Shown here: one piece after another, positions 1 through 11,407 of the stretch
Layout of the letters: each line of letters begins with the position of its first letter
How positions within the stretch are numbered: the first letter of the stretch is position 1
From: Octopus sinensis
Lineage: Eukaryota
DNA length: 64,000 bases
Assembly: GCF_006345805.1 (NCBI RefSeq)
Contig: NC_042998.1
Location: 78,864,001 to 78,928,000, forward strand
Reading direction: 5' to 3'
Notes under the pieces: model-generated
Told to the model about the DNA's origin: nothing
Database searches by the model: none
Seen by the model: the letters and a program-made list of their open reading frames with translations, nothing else
Program-made: the position numbers and the translations under genes

Positions 1-540
1 AAATTAGGACTGGCATAAATTTTCATCTTTCAGTAAGTGAAATAATAATACTCCAGGACATGTTTTGATTAGTTTCTTCCTGTTTCACCATGGATAGAGA
101 GAGAGAGAGAGACACACACACACACACACACACTCACGACAGATAATGAGTTTGAGTGCAGGTCATACACATGTGTATACAATATGCACTTTTATGTGCA
201 GTAGGTTATTGAATATCTTTGCAGCTGTCAAACCTGGCAGTGTTGTCTTATTGTAACCTGCAGTTTCCATCTGTGACATTTTTCAATGTCACTTTCAACT
301 CAGCCTACTTCATATTACCTCACTCCTCCTCTCATTGTATCTTCTCACGCAATAACAGCTTACACAGTGGTAGATGCCAAACACCTCTGTCACATGTTAA
401 TAATTATTGCCCTGCATATCAGTGTACAAACTTCCCATTCAGACTTCTCTTGAAGCCGTAAAATTTGTTGGTAATATCCACTTACTCAGCTTATCCAATT
501 CTCACTGTGCACTTCAGATGGATATTTGACTCTCAATGAC

Positions 541-559
541 TCTGTGTGTGTGTGTATAT

Positions 560-605
<46 letters not shown>

Positions 606-686
606 AAACGTGTATGTATTGGTTTATGCATGCACATATAAACTGACAACTATTTATATAATGAAGTGTTTATTTTATATGTGTGG

Positions 687-738
<52 letters not shown>

Positions 739-750
739 ATTATATATATA
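541..750. repeat. (TG)n/(TA)n compound microsatellite
   Basis: Long TA dinucleotide runs, the source of the IYIYIY ORFs. Many similar tracts occur across the window (e.g. 7430-7520, 13705-13755, 32920-33020, 41520-41566, 49390-49770). Confidence 0.97.
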
Positions 751-1675
751 AATTGGACATGGGCTATCATTGTATTCTTTCTTGTCTTGAGGTTCACAGC
801 CAAACACCTGAGTGGATTCGCGTGAAAAATTGCACACATATAGAGACAGGTGCATAGACTGGAATGCACTTTGTATTTTTTTCCCAGCCCCCATACTTAC
901 CGAGAAAATCGATTAAAACGTTTTCTAATGGAATTCCCCTGTTTGTTCCACCATTAAAACAACCAGTTGCTCACACAGCTGGCATATACCATTTCACTAG
1001 TAAAATTGGGAGTACAAGATAAGAGTCAGCCAAAACGTTATGCTCTCTCTTCTTTCACCACTTTGTGGGGTTAATAATCTTCATCTTTAGTTACAGTTTC
1101 TCATTCAAACTACATAATAGGCAGAATTGTCGGATTAAGACAGTAGGGTGTTTTGAGGAAGATTTGGCTTCTATTTCTACCAGGTCTAGCTATGATGTAG
1201 AGGTCTGAACTTAATTTTCATTCACATATTTGCATTTCAAAAGTTTAACATAATCTTCTCCATAAATCAACTATCATAAAAATACGCACTCACGTCCATT
1301 TCATATATCTTCTTTCACTTTCTGCTCTCTGCAAATAAAATTTTTACGGATACAACTGCTTACAAAAATAGCGATTAATGTATAATTTCTTTCTACATTC
1401 ATAATTAAATCAATGTTTTAATGATTAGACAGAGGTCCAATAGAATACTTCTCAGAAACAGACTACGTGCATATTCGTTCTTCACAACTCCTGAAGCTGT
1501 CTTCTGACAAGGGGATGGAGGTGGGTCAGGAAATTTTCATACAGCTGGAGGCTCCAATCGAAACAGGGGACCCGAAATGATAAGGTTGAGAAACACTGTT
1601 ATAGATTATGCCTAACCAAAAACAATCATAGCCACATTATCCAAACAGACCGGGTGAAACTGGGCTTCGCTGCTA

Positions 1676-1676
<1 letters not shown>
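741..1676 (+). mobile_element. Non-autonomous Helitron-like element (family H1), with a different interior from the 54588 copy
   Basis: 5' end tatatataaattggacatggg...ttcttgtcttgaggttcac matches 54588-54640. 3' end gccacattatccaaacagaccgggtgaaactgggcttcgctgCTAG|t has an imperfect GC hairpin about 10 nt before CTAG and matches 55077-55122. Confidence 0.6.
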
Positions 1677-1710
<34 letters not shown>

Positions 1711-1712
<2 letters not shown>

Positions 1713-1945
1713 GGAGTAAACACATAAATGTGAAACAAGGTGGAAAAAAGAGTACTCAAATACCAGTGGTAGAGTAATATGCTTTATTTTAAGCAGCAGA
1801 AAATTCAACAAAATCTGTTACTCTGAGTTTCTCGTTGCTGTTCATCAGACAGTTTTTGCTAGCAAAAACTGTCTGATGAACGGCAACGAGAAACTCAGAG
1901 TAACAGATTTTGTTGAATTTTCTGCTGCTTAAAATAAAGTATATA
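1711..1945. mobile_element. Short Penelope-type repeat forming a 158-bp palindrome with a hammerhead-like motif in each arm
   Basis: 1782-1860 is the reverse complement of 1861-1939 (centre gct|agc, one mismatch). The right arm reads ctgt-CTGATGA-acggcaacga-GAAA-ctcagag-TA-acag. Flanked by (TA)n on both sides. Confidence 0.7.
1869..1906 (+). ncRNA. Candidate minimal type I hammerhead ribozyme (mirror copy on - strand at about 1815-1852)
   Basis: Stem I ctgt/acag, core CUGAUGA, stem II cg-gcaa-cg (closing pair A/A, non-canonical), GAAA, stem III ctc-a-gag, GUA cleavage triplet. Confidence 0.5.
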
Positions 1946-2504
1946 TATATATATATATACACATACACACGGATGGACATTTATATATTTATAGACAGAC
2001 ATGTGACACACACACACACACATACGCACATATGTATATAAGTTTACTTTGTAGCCATATTGGTTTGGATACCATCCTATTGTGTAGCACCTTCTGAAAG
2101 TGTCTCTTAGTACACTCTTGGGGTGTCCAATTCCTTGTGAGTGAAATCTAGTTGATATAAATTGTACTGAATATTTGTCATGTGTGTTTAAGTGTGCCTG
2201 CATGTACATGTGTATGTATGCACACTGTGTATGCTAGAGTTTCTGCATATCTTTACATTGTCACCATATGACTAAAAGCAGTGACAGTGTTGACATTTGT
2301 TGTAAACAAAATGTCACACCACTCAGTTATTTTGATGCATGTGAAGACCAGTGAAATACAAAATACCTTCTTTGAAAGACAGTTGAGAGTTGGCGACAGA
2401 GAGGAAATCTGGCCATAGTAAACTAACTCAACAACTTTCATCCAATACATGCTAGCATGAAAAACAATTTACATATGAAAAAATATACATGCAGGTATAT
2501 TATA

Positions 2505-3765
2505 TCAGGTCTTTAAAGGATGAAATGTCTGATATTGAACTGAAAGTTTATTTTACTTTATCTCACCAAAAAGCTATGTAGTTGATCAAATATGCACCTA
2601 AATTATCAATAGAATTTTGCCATTTTGTTGATAGCTTATTTATGCCAGTAGTGAAGTATTCTGGAGAGCAAGAGGTGTTGAAATCACAGAAGGCTGTTTT
2701 TGCATCTTCTTCAGATTTGAAGTTTTTTCCTTGCAAAACATTGTCTAATGCTTGGAAAACATGATAGTCATTTAGTGCAGGGTCTGGCGAATATGGTGGA
2801 TAACAGAGTAGTTCCAAGTTTAATTCCTGTAACTTGAGTAACATTCTTTGTGCAACATGTGGTCAAGTATTGTCTTGCTATAGAATTGGCTTGTCTCTAT
2901 TGATCAATCTCAGTTGTTCAATTGGAAGTTCACTCATCATTCCATCCAGCTAATAGATGTCTACATCTGCTGTAATTACCAGGTCTCATGAAGCTGCAGT
3001 GGATGACACCAGTGCTGGACCACCAAACAGACATCATTAGCTTTTTTTGGGATTGTGTTTTGACACATTGTCTCCATCCAACCACCATGCAGAAGGCTTG
3101 TTATTGTTGAAAAGAATCCATTTTGTATCACACATAACAATATGATGCAAAAATGGTTCACTTTTATGCTGTGACAGTAAAGAACACCAAGTTTCAAGAT
3201 GACTTGTCGTTTGATGCTCGTTTAGTTCAGGTGGTACCCACTTGTCCAGCTTCTTTACCTTACTGACTTGTTTCAGATGGTTCAATACAGTTGGAATTGA
3301 AATATCAAGCCTTGCCGCTAACTTACGTGCAGTTTGAGATGTATCCACTTCCACTACAGTTTTCAGTTCATCATTATCCACCTTGGTCTCATGTCTACCA
3401 TGGGGCTGATTTTCAAGAGAAAAGTCACCTGACCAGAACTTCTCAAACCATTGATGTACAGTGCACTCATTCACCACATCTTCCCCAAACACCTCATTGA
3501 TGTTTCAAGCCGGCTGGTATGCATTTGTTCCACTATGGTACTCATATTCATAAACACGAATTTTTGATCTGTCCATGGGTTCACAAAAATTGATTTACAA
3601 GAGAAACGTCACAATATAACCAGACACCACGAACTGCATTTCAAAAAGTGATTATGTAACTCTTCAATGTTGTAAAACAAAGAATTGTCAGGATAAGACA
3701 TTCGAGTTAAAGACTGTCAAACTTGGTGCATAAGAAAATTGGACATTTCATTTTTAAGGACCTGA
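2505..3765 (-). mobile_element. Full-length decayed mariner transposon (~1.26 kb)
   Basis: TIRs tcaggtctttaaaggatgaaatgtc / gacatttcatttttaaggacctga, both flanked by TA. Transposase fragments lie on the - strand. Confidence 0.93.
2563..3540 (-). pseudogene. Mariner D,D34D transposase pseudogene (frameshifted)
   Basis: ORF 3037-3492 has the HTH region, KKLDKWVPPEL (WVPHEL motif) and IVMCDTKW. QDNT*PH lies near 2860. ORF 2563-2844 has YPPYSPDPALNDYHVF (YSPDL motif). Confidence 0.92.
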
Positions 3766-3976
3766 TATATTCCCACTTCTATCACCACCATTTTAATGTC
3801 CTTTCTGCCATACATGTATGGCTGAGTACATCTCCAGCCTGACCTGTTACCACTTGTCTGATCCATGCATGCATGGAAAAGCGAATGTTAAAATGATGAT
3901 GTATATATATATCTACACAGCCATACATGTATGGCAGAAAGGACAATAAAATGGTGGTGATAAAAGTGGGAATATA
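3766..3976. repeat. 59-bp inverted repeat pair with 93-bp spacer
   Basis: 3766-3824 vs 3918-3976, two mismatches. Each arm contains the self-palindrome gccatacatgtatggc at its inner end. Confidence 0.92.
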
Positions 3977-4009
3977 TAATATACCTACATTGTAGCCTCT
4001 TATCTCTGT

Positions 4010-4400
4010 TTAATCTCTACCTACTGCCCAACCCCAACACTTCTATACTACAACATCTTATAATGAAGGATGTCACATTGGATTGGTTTATATTCAGTAC
4101 TCATCCCATTTCTTGCCGCATGTCATTCTTATTGGCATTCATCACTCACTTATCAGGACTTGCTTTCTTACCATCACCCATCTTTATTGTTAACCTTCAA
4201 TTCACTTCCTGTTTATATTGCCATACATTACTCCCCCCTCCCTCTCTCTCATCAGTGTCTCCTCCAGCATTCCCTTTTCCTCCATTGTGCTGTGTTTCTA
4301 TTCAGTCTCCTTACCAATAACAATCATGTAACAGCCTATCAATGTTTCTCCTGTCATATTTCATATTTTCTTTCCTTCTCTGTCATCACACTCTGCCATA
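4010..4400 (+). mobile_element. Degenerate Penelope-like RT (thumb) remnant
   Basis: One frame reads LVYIQYSSHFLPHVILIGIHHSLIR, resembling the PLE YL.Y.S.HP..K..I..S...R motif. Confidence 0.35.
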
Positions 4401-4870
4401 ATAAACTGTAAAGGAGTGAGCATTAGGGAGGGTATCCATTTTCTAGAAAGTGTGTCAATTGGAGTGTATGAGTGAGATGTATGAGTGTTAATCTATCCTA
4501 TCTAGGGGGACAGCAACAACAGCTCTATATAAGAACTTACTCAGATTGTGATGATGCATCCATCTCATGCCAGCTGGTAAGTGGATGTAAAATAATGATG
4601 ATGATGAAGTACAAGATTCAGTTACACATACACACACATCAATCATTCATCTACTTCATAAGGTTCAGATTCTTGAAATAGTTTTCTTGCGATCAGTTTA
4701 CTTCATCCATAGCAGAGGTATTTATATTGATGTACTTCCTCATATAGAATTTTGTGCCTGTTCCTAAATTTTCCAATCTAATTAAAACATCTGTTTTTTG
4801 GGGGTTTTTTTATGTCTTCAAGTGTATTTATTACAAGTATTTTCTCCACATACTAGTACATATATATGTA

Positions 4871-5768
4871 CACGGTCTGATCAATAAGTGTCCGGACTGT
4901 TGCTATAGTAACAAAGCTAAAGCACACAGAATAAAGCTACTTGGCACAGATTGACCTTGACCTCTGCTGTGCATGTTCACTAAGTTTTAACATTCAAGCT
5001 CACTTCTGCTGTTTGCAGCAGTGCTTGGAAGTAACATACTTAACATGTGATCATCACATTGGCTATGACAGAGAAAGTTGTCATGGTGACACCTGCTCAG
5101 AGGCGTACGCAAAGTTGCAGAAAGTGTATGGAGAGAAGTGTATGAACCGCACACAAGTGTACAAGTGGCACAGACATTTCCATGATGGCTGAAAAAATGT
5201 CGATATTGACAAATGTTGTGGGGGAAACCTGAAACCAGTGCAACTGAGAAAAACATCACAGATGTGCATGCAGCTGTGAGGGGAAAATCATTGAATCACC
5301 ATCCGTGAGTTATCAGAGGATGAGCAGATTAGTTATGGTTCAGTTTAGTTCATTATCATTGAAGATTTGGGTATGAGACGTGTGTGTATATCAAGTTTGT
5401 GCCAAATCTGTTTTCAGCTGACCAAAAAGACACTTGGGTTTCAGTTGCACAAGATTTTGATTGTTTCAAGAACAATGAAAACTTTTTGAAAATTTTGTTT
5501 AGGCCTCTGGAGCAGCTATGGCCAAGCTTTTGGCAAAATTTGATGCAGATTCTCTGCTCAGCTTTCTCTGTCATGGTCAATGCAACAATCACACACTACA
5601 CACATTACTTCCAAGCACTGCTGTAAACAGCAGAAGTGAACTAGAATGTTAAAACTTAGTACACATGCACAGCAGAGTTCAAAGTCAATCAGTGCCAAGC
5701 AGCTTCACTCCATGTGCTTTAACTTTGTTACTATGGCAACAGTTCAGATACTTATTGATTAGCCCACA
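4871..5768 (+). mobile_element. Non-autonomous fold-back mariner derivative (two 5' ends head-to-head)
   Basis: TA|cacggtctgatcaataag ... cttattgattagcccaca|TA. The + strand carries transposase N-terminal fragments (EAYAKLQKVYGEKCMNRTQVYKWHRHF; KFVPNLFSADQKDTW...ENFLK). From about 5500 to 5768 is an inverted copy of the 5' end (MTEKAEQRICIKFCQKLG on -). Confidence 0.85.
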
Positions 5769-5784
5769 TATAGATATATATATA

Positions 5785-6257
5785 CAGTAATTGCTTGCCA
5801 TATCATGGCTCACCTATCACGCCCTCAGTACATCTCAGATTTTTCTGGCTTATATATGAAAATTTATATTACCGACTCCTCAGTATATCGCGGATTTCTT
5901 CAGCTGATAGGTATTTATAGTTTTTTAGATTTTAATTGTTTCTGTGGTAAGATAAGCATTTTTCACACCTAAAAATTAATAAATAGAAATACAGTACAGT
6001 ACAGTACTGCACTGTATAACACATTAATTAAAATACATATTGTATCATAGATGAGTAAACAAAAAATCGCACATACTGTATGGAAAACAAAACTCAGGAG
6101 GTGAGTGTGTGGTGGTGTTTTGCATTTATAATAAAATAAATACGAATTATAAAAATAATTAGAAAGAATATACAGTACAGTACTGTTTCTATTTCACGGA
6201 TTTTCACCTATTGCGGGGTGTTTTGGAATGTAACACTTGCGAAAGTGAAGGGATTAT
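5785..6257. mobile_element. Tigger/pogo-like MITE
   Basis: TA|cagtaattgcttgccatatcatgg at the left end and gcgaaagtgaagggattat at the right end (CAGTA...-type TIR). The right terminus abuts a later insertion. Confidence 0.55.
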
Positions 6258-6537
6258 CATCATCATCATCATCGTTTAATATCCGCTTTCCATGCTAGCA
6301 AGGGTTGTATGATTTGATTGAGGGTTGGTGAACCAGATGGCTGCACCAGGCTTCAGTCTTGATCTGGCAGAGTTTCTACAGCTGGATGCCCTTCCTAACT
6401 CCAACCACTCCGAGAGTACCACCTGACAGGGGCCAGTCAGGTGGTACTGGCAGTGACCTTGCTCGAATGTTTTTACACGTTCCAGTAAGGCGATGCTGGT
6501 AACGATCACGCTCGAATGGTGCCTTTTACGTGCCACT
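6257..6537 (-). mobile_element. RTE-tail-like repeat (family R; (GAT)n 3' tail, aggaagggcatccagctgtagaaac core)
   Basis: Shares sequence with copies at 14076, 44575, 51680, 55195 and 61655, plus fragments at 32785-33170, 45080-45345, 47055-47200 and 57925-58690. Confidence 0.75.
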
Positions 6538-7004
6538 GTATATATAATGTGTTTATGTCTTGGTAGCATTTTATTTTCTATTAGAGCAACATGGAGAACT
6601 GCAAGTGTGACATAAAAGAGAACCCATGTTGATTCCATCTTGCTTGTTAATATAATTTGTCCTGTGGACACTGTCAGTGCATTCTGTTGTGCAAAATACA
6701 AACAATTGCTTCAGTATGTTAGGTGGTGTCATAATGATTTTATTCTTGATGGTTTCAGTGCATTTCAATAGGATTTCTATTGTTTCTGCTACTGGAATAT
6801 TCATAAACAGACTTCTATGATGTTACTTACTTCATTGGTTTCTTCTAAGGTTTGTTGAAAACCTTTTCGATGGCCATATATTGTATATCTCTGATGTGTA
6901 CTATTTGTTAATTTTCAAATTGTTTTGAAATCTTGTGTACGAATATATTTATTTGAGATATAATGAATTGAATGGAAATGTGTGTGTGTATATATATTTA
7001 TATA

Positions 7005-7218
7005 TGAAAGGGTACTGAGAAGTTCCTGGCTTTAAGGGTATTGCAGAAGGCCTGGTTGGAGGTCCAACCTTCTGAGTTCTGAGCTTAGGAAAACTGAAAG
7101 ACTGCTGCAGTAAGTGTGCAAATCTGAAAGGGAAATATGTTGAATAAAATCTTAATTAATAATTGATCCTCCTGTATTTCCTTTTACCCAAACCCTGGAG
7201 CTTTTCCGCTGCCCCTCA
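7005..7218 (+). mobile_element. Mariner-type MITE (214 bp)
   Basis: TA|tgaaagggtactgagaagttcctgg ... cctggagcttttccgctgcccctca|TA degenerate TIRs. The interior resembles a transposase C-terminus (aagtgtgcaaatctgaaagggaaatatgttgaataa). Confidence 0.65.
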
Positions 7219-7240
7219 TATGTATGTATATATATATATA

Positions 7241-7423
7241 TACTCTTTTACTTGTTTCAGTCATTTGACTGCGGCCATGCTGGAGCACCGCCTTTAATTG
7301 AGCAACTCGACCCCAGAACTTATTCTTGTGTAAGCTCAGTACTTATTCTATCGGTCTCTTTTGCCGAACCGCTAAGTAACGGGGACATAAACACACCAGC
7401 ATCGGTTGTCAAGCAATGCTATG

Positions 7424-7515
<92 letters not shown>

Positions 7516-7648
7516 TATGACGGGCTTCTTACAGTTTCCGTCTACCAAATCCACTCACAAGGCTTTGGTCAGCCCGAGGCTATAGTAGAAGACACTTGCC
7601 CAAGGTGCCACGCAGTGGGACTGACTTACCACACAGCCACTCCTGCGC
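7241..7648 (-). mobile_element. tRNA-derived SINE family A
   Basis: Reverse complement of the 12432 and 60833 copies: tRNA-like head, internal (TA)/(CA) tract, aaagagta tail. Confidence 0.9.
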
Positions 7649-7649
7649 T

Positions 7650-7680
<31 letters not shown>

Positions 7681-8029
7681 AATGGGGATATGATTTGAGG
7701 GGGAGGGGTGTTTTATTTTGTTTGTTTGTTTGTTTTTACTGTCCTGTAATCAAGTGCTGTGATTTATTATGCCTTCATTGGAAGGAAAAAGAGAGACCCC
7801 TATTCATATAGCTATTGCTAAAAATAATTTATTCAGTTTAATTTTCAATCTATTCATATTATCTTCCGGATGCTTTCTAAATTTGTTTTTGCCATTGAGT
7901 AAGTTGTAAATTTTTGCAAATCATTAATTTTCATTCATGATTATGGATATGTTACTTTTGTCAGTTTCACTATTTTGGTGAGTTTTTTTGGTTTTTTTTT
8001 TTTAATTTTTTTTTTATTATATACAGCAA

Positions 8030-8394
8030 CAGTATCCCAACCTTTTCTGCCTTGAGACACCCTTGCCAAGCCATTCAAAAATCCACAGCACCCCTATTAC
8101 GAAATCTAATATGACAGTTGTCTTTTGATTCAACATCAATATAACAAAACTTTGTCCCTGAATAACATCTGTGTAAGAAAGCTATGGCCTTGGAATTGGT
8201 AATAAACATAAAATAGATGACAATACAAAAATGTAATGGACAACAATACAAAATATAAGATGACAATAATATTTATTGCTAAAATAGCATCAAAATATAT
8301 TTTTAACTCTAAATGATCAATCATGATACCACATACATATACATATCTCGCAGTAGCCCAGGGTGCCACAGCACACTGGTTGGGAACCTATAAT
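8030..8394. mobile_element. hAT (Charlie-like) MITE
   Basis: Ends cagtatcccaacc / ggttgggaacc resemble CAGTGGTTCCCAACC-type TIRs. Confidence 0.5.
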
Positions 8395-9729
8395 GCAGAG
8401 TTTGTTTAAGTTATGCATTGAGTATTTGTTAATTGCTGTGGGCATATGATTTTTATTACATTCACTTCAGAACAAGTATTGATCTTTATCATCTATATTT
8501 ATAAGGCTTTTTCTTTCAAGATTTTCTAGGGTTTTGCAGAGTAGTTTGATTTTGAGTTTTTTTTCTGTTTTGATCATATTTTTGTTGAAATGGAAATTAG
8601 TACCTAGTTTCAAAAGCATAATTTGATCAAGGTTGAACACATGATATTTGAGACTGAGAAAGTTATTTTAGATAGTGTTGTTTTTTAGGTAGATTGCTTT
8701 TAGATAGAGCATGGTTTGCTTAGTTTGTTTGTATTTATTGTCCAATTCTTCATGAAAGAGAAATCTGAATATTATCAAAACTATATATTTTCAGTGAATG
8801 TCTGTAACTTAGTGATTTATCCCATGCTAGCATGGAAAGCAGACGTTAAATGATGATGATGATGATTTTTATCAATTTAATTTTTGCTTTTATCATATAG
8901 TATTTCTCTTGGGTGTTGCACATGTAGGACTACATTATCCAACATCCCTAATTTTTCAGAATGATAGGATGTTGAGGGAGATTTGGTTGTTATTTCTAGC
9001 AGATCTGCTGACCAGCTAGATGCTCTCTTGTCTTTGATACACTGTATGAAAAAAAAAGGATATAGTTATGAGTTGAATACATTTGATACTGGCTGAGCTG
9101 GTGTTTAACAATAACTATATCACCCATCTAATGAAAAAGCCTCTGTGCAATCACTAAAGCTGCTAATAGCTGCCAGACCGCCCTCAACTCATACCCAAAA
9201 CAATTTAAGAAAGGCTGGCACAATGAGCAATGTAGTTCTAGATACAGCTTCTGAATGAAAAGTGGGATAGTCACAGGTTGACTGCTTTTAATTAAAGCTG
9301 ATCTAGGACTTAATAATAACATCAAATGGCCCAGTATTAACTGATAAAAAAAAAATCCTGCAAAACATTTATTATTTTTCTTTCACCTCCTTATTTTAAC
9401 TGCTCTACTTCTTGTAACTTAATACATTTTTATACATATTCTGGAACTTCTTTTGTTATTGATCTGTTGGACATCTGAGATATTATATGCAACCTTAGAA
9501 ACTTTATACATACTTCAGGTAAAATCTGGTATCTGAGAAACTTGTAATGGTCTGTGTTGGCAGTGATTAACCTATAGTAAAGTTCATATAAAAGTTTGAT
9601 TAGTTATATGTTTAAGAAGCTAATGCTTTGGTTCTCTGCTCTTCATCTGAAATTGAGAAAGAGGAAGTGCTTTTACTATTAGGGTATGGACAAATAGCTT
9701 AGTATGAAACATCTGCTACCAAAGCTCTA

Positions 9730-10090
9730 TCTTCATTTTATGCCTCTTCCTCATTTTTGGACAAAGGGCAAGTTTGAAACATTAGGCAAATATTTGGTTG
9801 ATAAAGAGAACAGGTGAATGAGGGAGTAAAATAAAAAGGTCAATATTGGGAGGGAGATGGTGGTGAAGATGTTCAAGGACATGCCCTTGAGGGATATTGG
9901 GGTGGTAAGAATTAGTGGGGTGATAGAGGGGTTTGAACTGGATGGATGAATGGACAAGATGGAAGTGACTGAGGCAAATGATGGAGGAATATAGGAGAGG
10001 CTTGGGAGAAGGGATGCAGTAGGTATGTGAAAACATTAAGGGTGTTAGCAGATAAGTGAGATGCTAACAACAGAGAACAAAGTAAATATA
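9730..10090 (-). mobile_element. Degenerate Penelope-like RT remnant
   Basis: A minus frame reads SSIQFKPLYHPTNSYHPNIPQGHVLEHL, resembling the PLE D..SLY.NIP motif. Purine-rich + strand as in the other remnants here. Confidence 0.35.
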
Positions 10091-10099
10091 CATACACTA

Positions 10100-10268
10100 A
10101 ACTGGTTTCTTTCAGTTTCTTTCTACCAAATCCACTCACAGAGCTTTGATCAACTTTGAGGCTATAAGTGAAGGCACTTGCCCAAGGTTCTACTACACAG
10201 TGTACTGAACCCAAAACAATGTGGTTGAGAAGCAGACTCCTTAGCTATGAAGCCAATGCCTGTGCCTA
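10100..10268 (-). mobile_element. SINE family A, 5' part
   Basis: tttcagtttctttctaccaaatccactcacagagctttg...cacttgcccaagg matches the head of family A. Confidence 0.75.
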
Positions 10269-11195
10269 TGTATGAGTGTGCTTGTGTGTGTGTAGATACA
10301 AAATATATATACAGAAACACATATTTAAATACTTAACTGTTGTAGCTAATAAATTCACTACTCCTTTTTCTTCTTCCCTTTTTATTAATGAAATATTAGA
10401 GTAAATATATATGCTAGGAGCTTTGATTAAAACCACCTTTGAGTTTTATATTAAATATGGCTACATCATGTCAAAATTATTGGTTTTGAGAAGCCTATCA
10501 GTAACAGAATTCTGTTTTCAGACTTCCTTTTTCTTTTTCTATTTTTGTTTTTAATCCTCCTTTTTCATTGATTTATTTTCATCTGAGTCTAGTCTACATT
10601 TTATTTTATATATTTTTTTTATGTGGTTTAAACTAAAGTAACCTTGACATCACTTGCTGGTATTTTACTTTATAGATTTAAGTTGAAAAAGAAATTCAAT
10701 TCTTTGAGTTCTTTTAAACACACCAATACATCACCTTGTGATATCCCTTTAAATTTGATTAGCTTCTGAACATATGTTGGTGAAGAGTAGCTTCAATCAA
10801 AACACATTGTGCTATTTGTTTATATTCTTTTGTTCAAATCTTGCGCTGGTTGACTTTGACTGTTATCCTCCCAAATAAGTACCACTTCACAAAAACTGGG
10901 GTTGAACACTTGTAGTATGGTCATGTGACTACAGTAAAAGTTTTATATTTTATTGCAAAATTAGAAAAAAATTTATAAAGTCGATTTTTTTTATAATTAT
11001 AAGGACAAGTCAGAGTGCTGGAATAACTGAAATGATAAACTACCAGACAAAATGACTTGCACCATTTCTATTTCTTTAATTTCATTGTGCTCTTCAGAGT
11101 GAAACTGCAATTCTGATTCCATGAAACACTGTGCTTTGTAAAGAATAAACCATTCCAACTGCTTTAGATACCACCACTCCATATGCAATTCTTTA

Positions 11196-11407
11196 TCCTG
11201 TTAGCAATTAAATTGGCCATATCAATCCTAAATATTCTTCTTGTTTTATAGCCAAACAGGCCTGATCTGTCCTCTCATACCTATCCTACAATGTTATTCT
11301 AAAATAATGACATCGTTGAAATCTCAGAGTCATGAGATAATGCAGGATTGATTCGAAACAATAGGATTAAATAAGCATATTTGACAGAGTAATGTGAGTG
11401 TGGTTAA
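11196..11407 (-). mobile_element. Older copy of piggyBac-like MITE (family P1)
   Basis: Reverse-complement similarity to 37034-37261 and 45998-46228 along its length. Confidence 0.6.
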
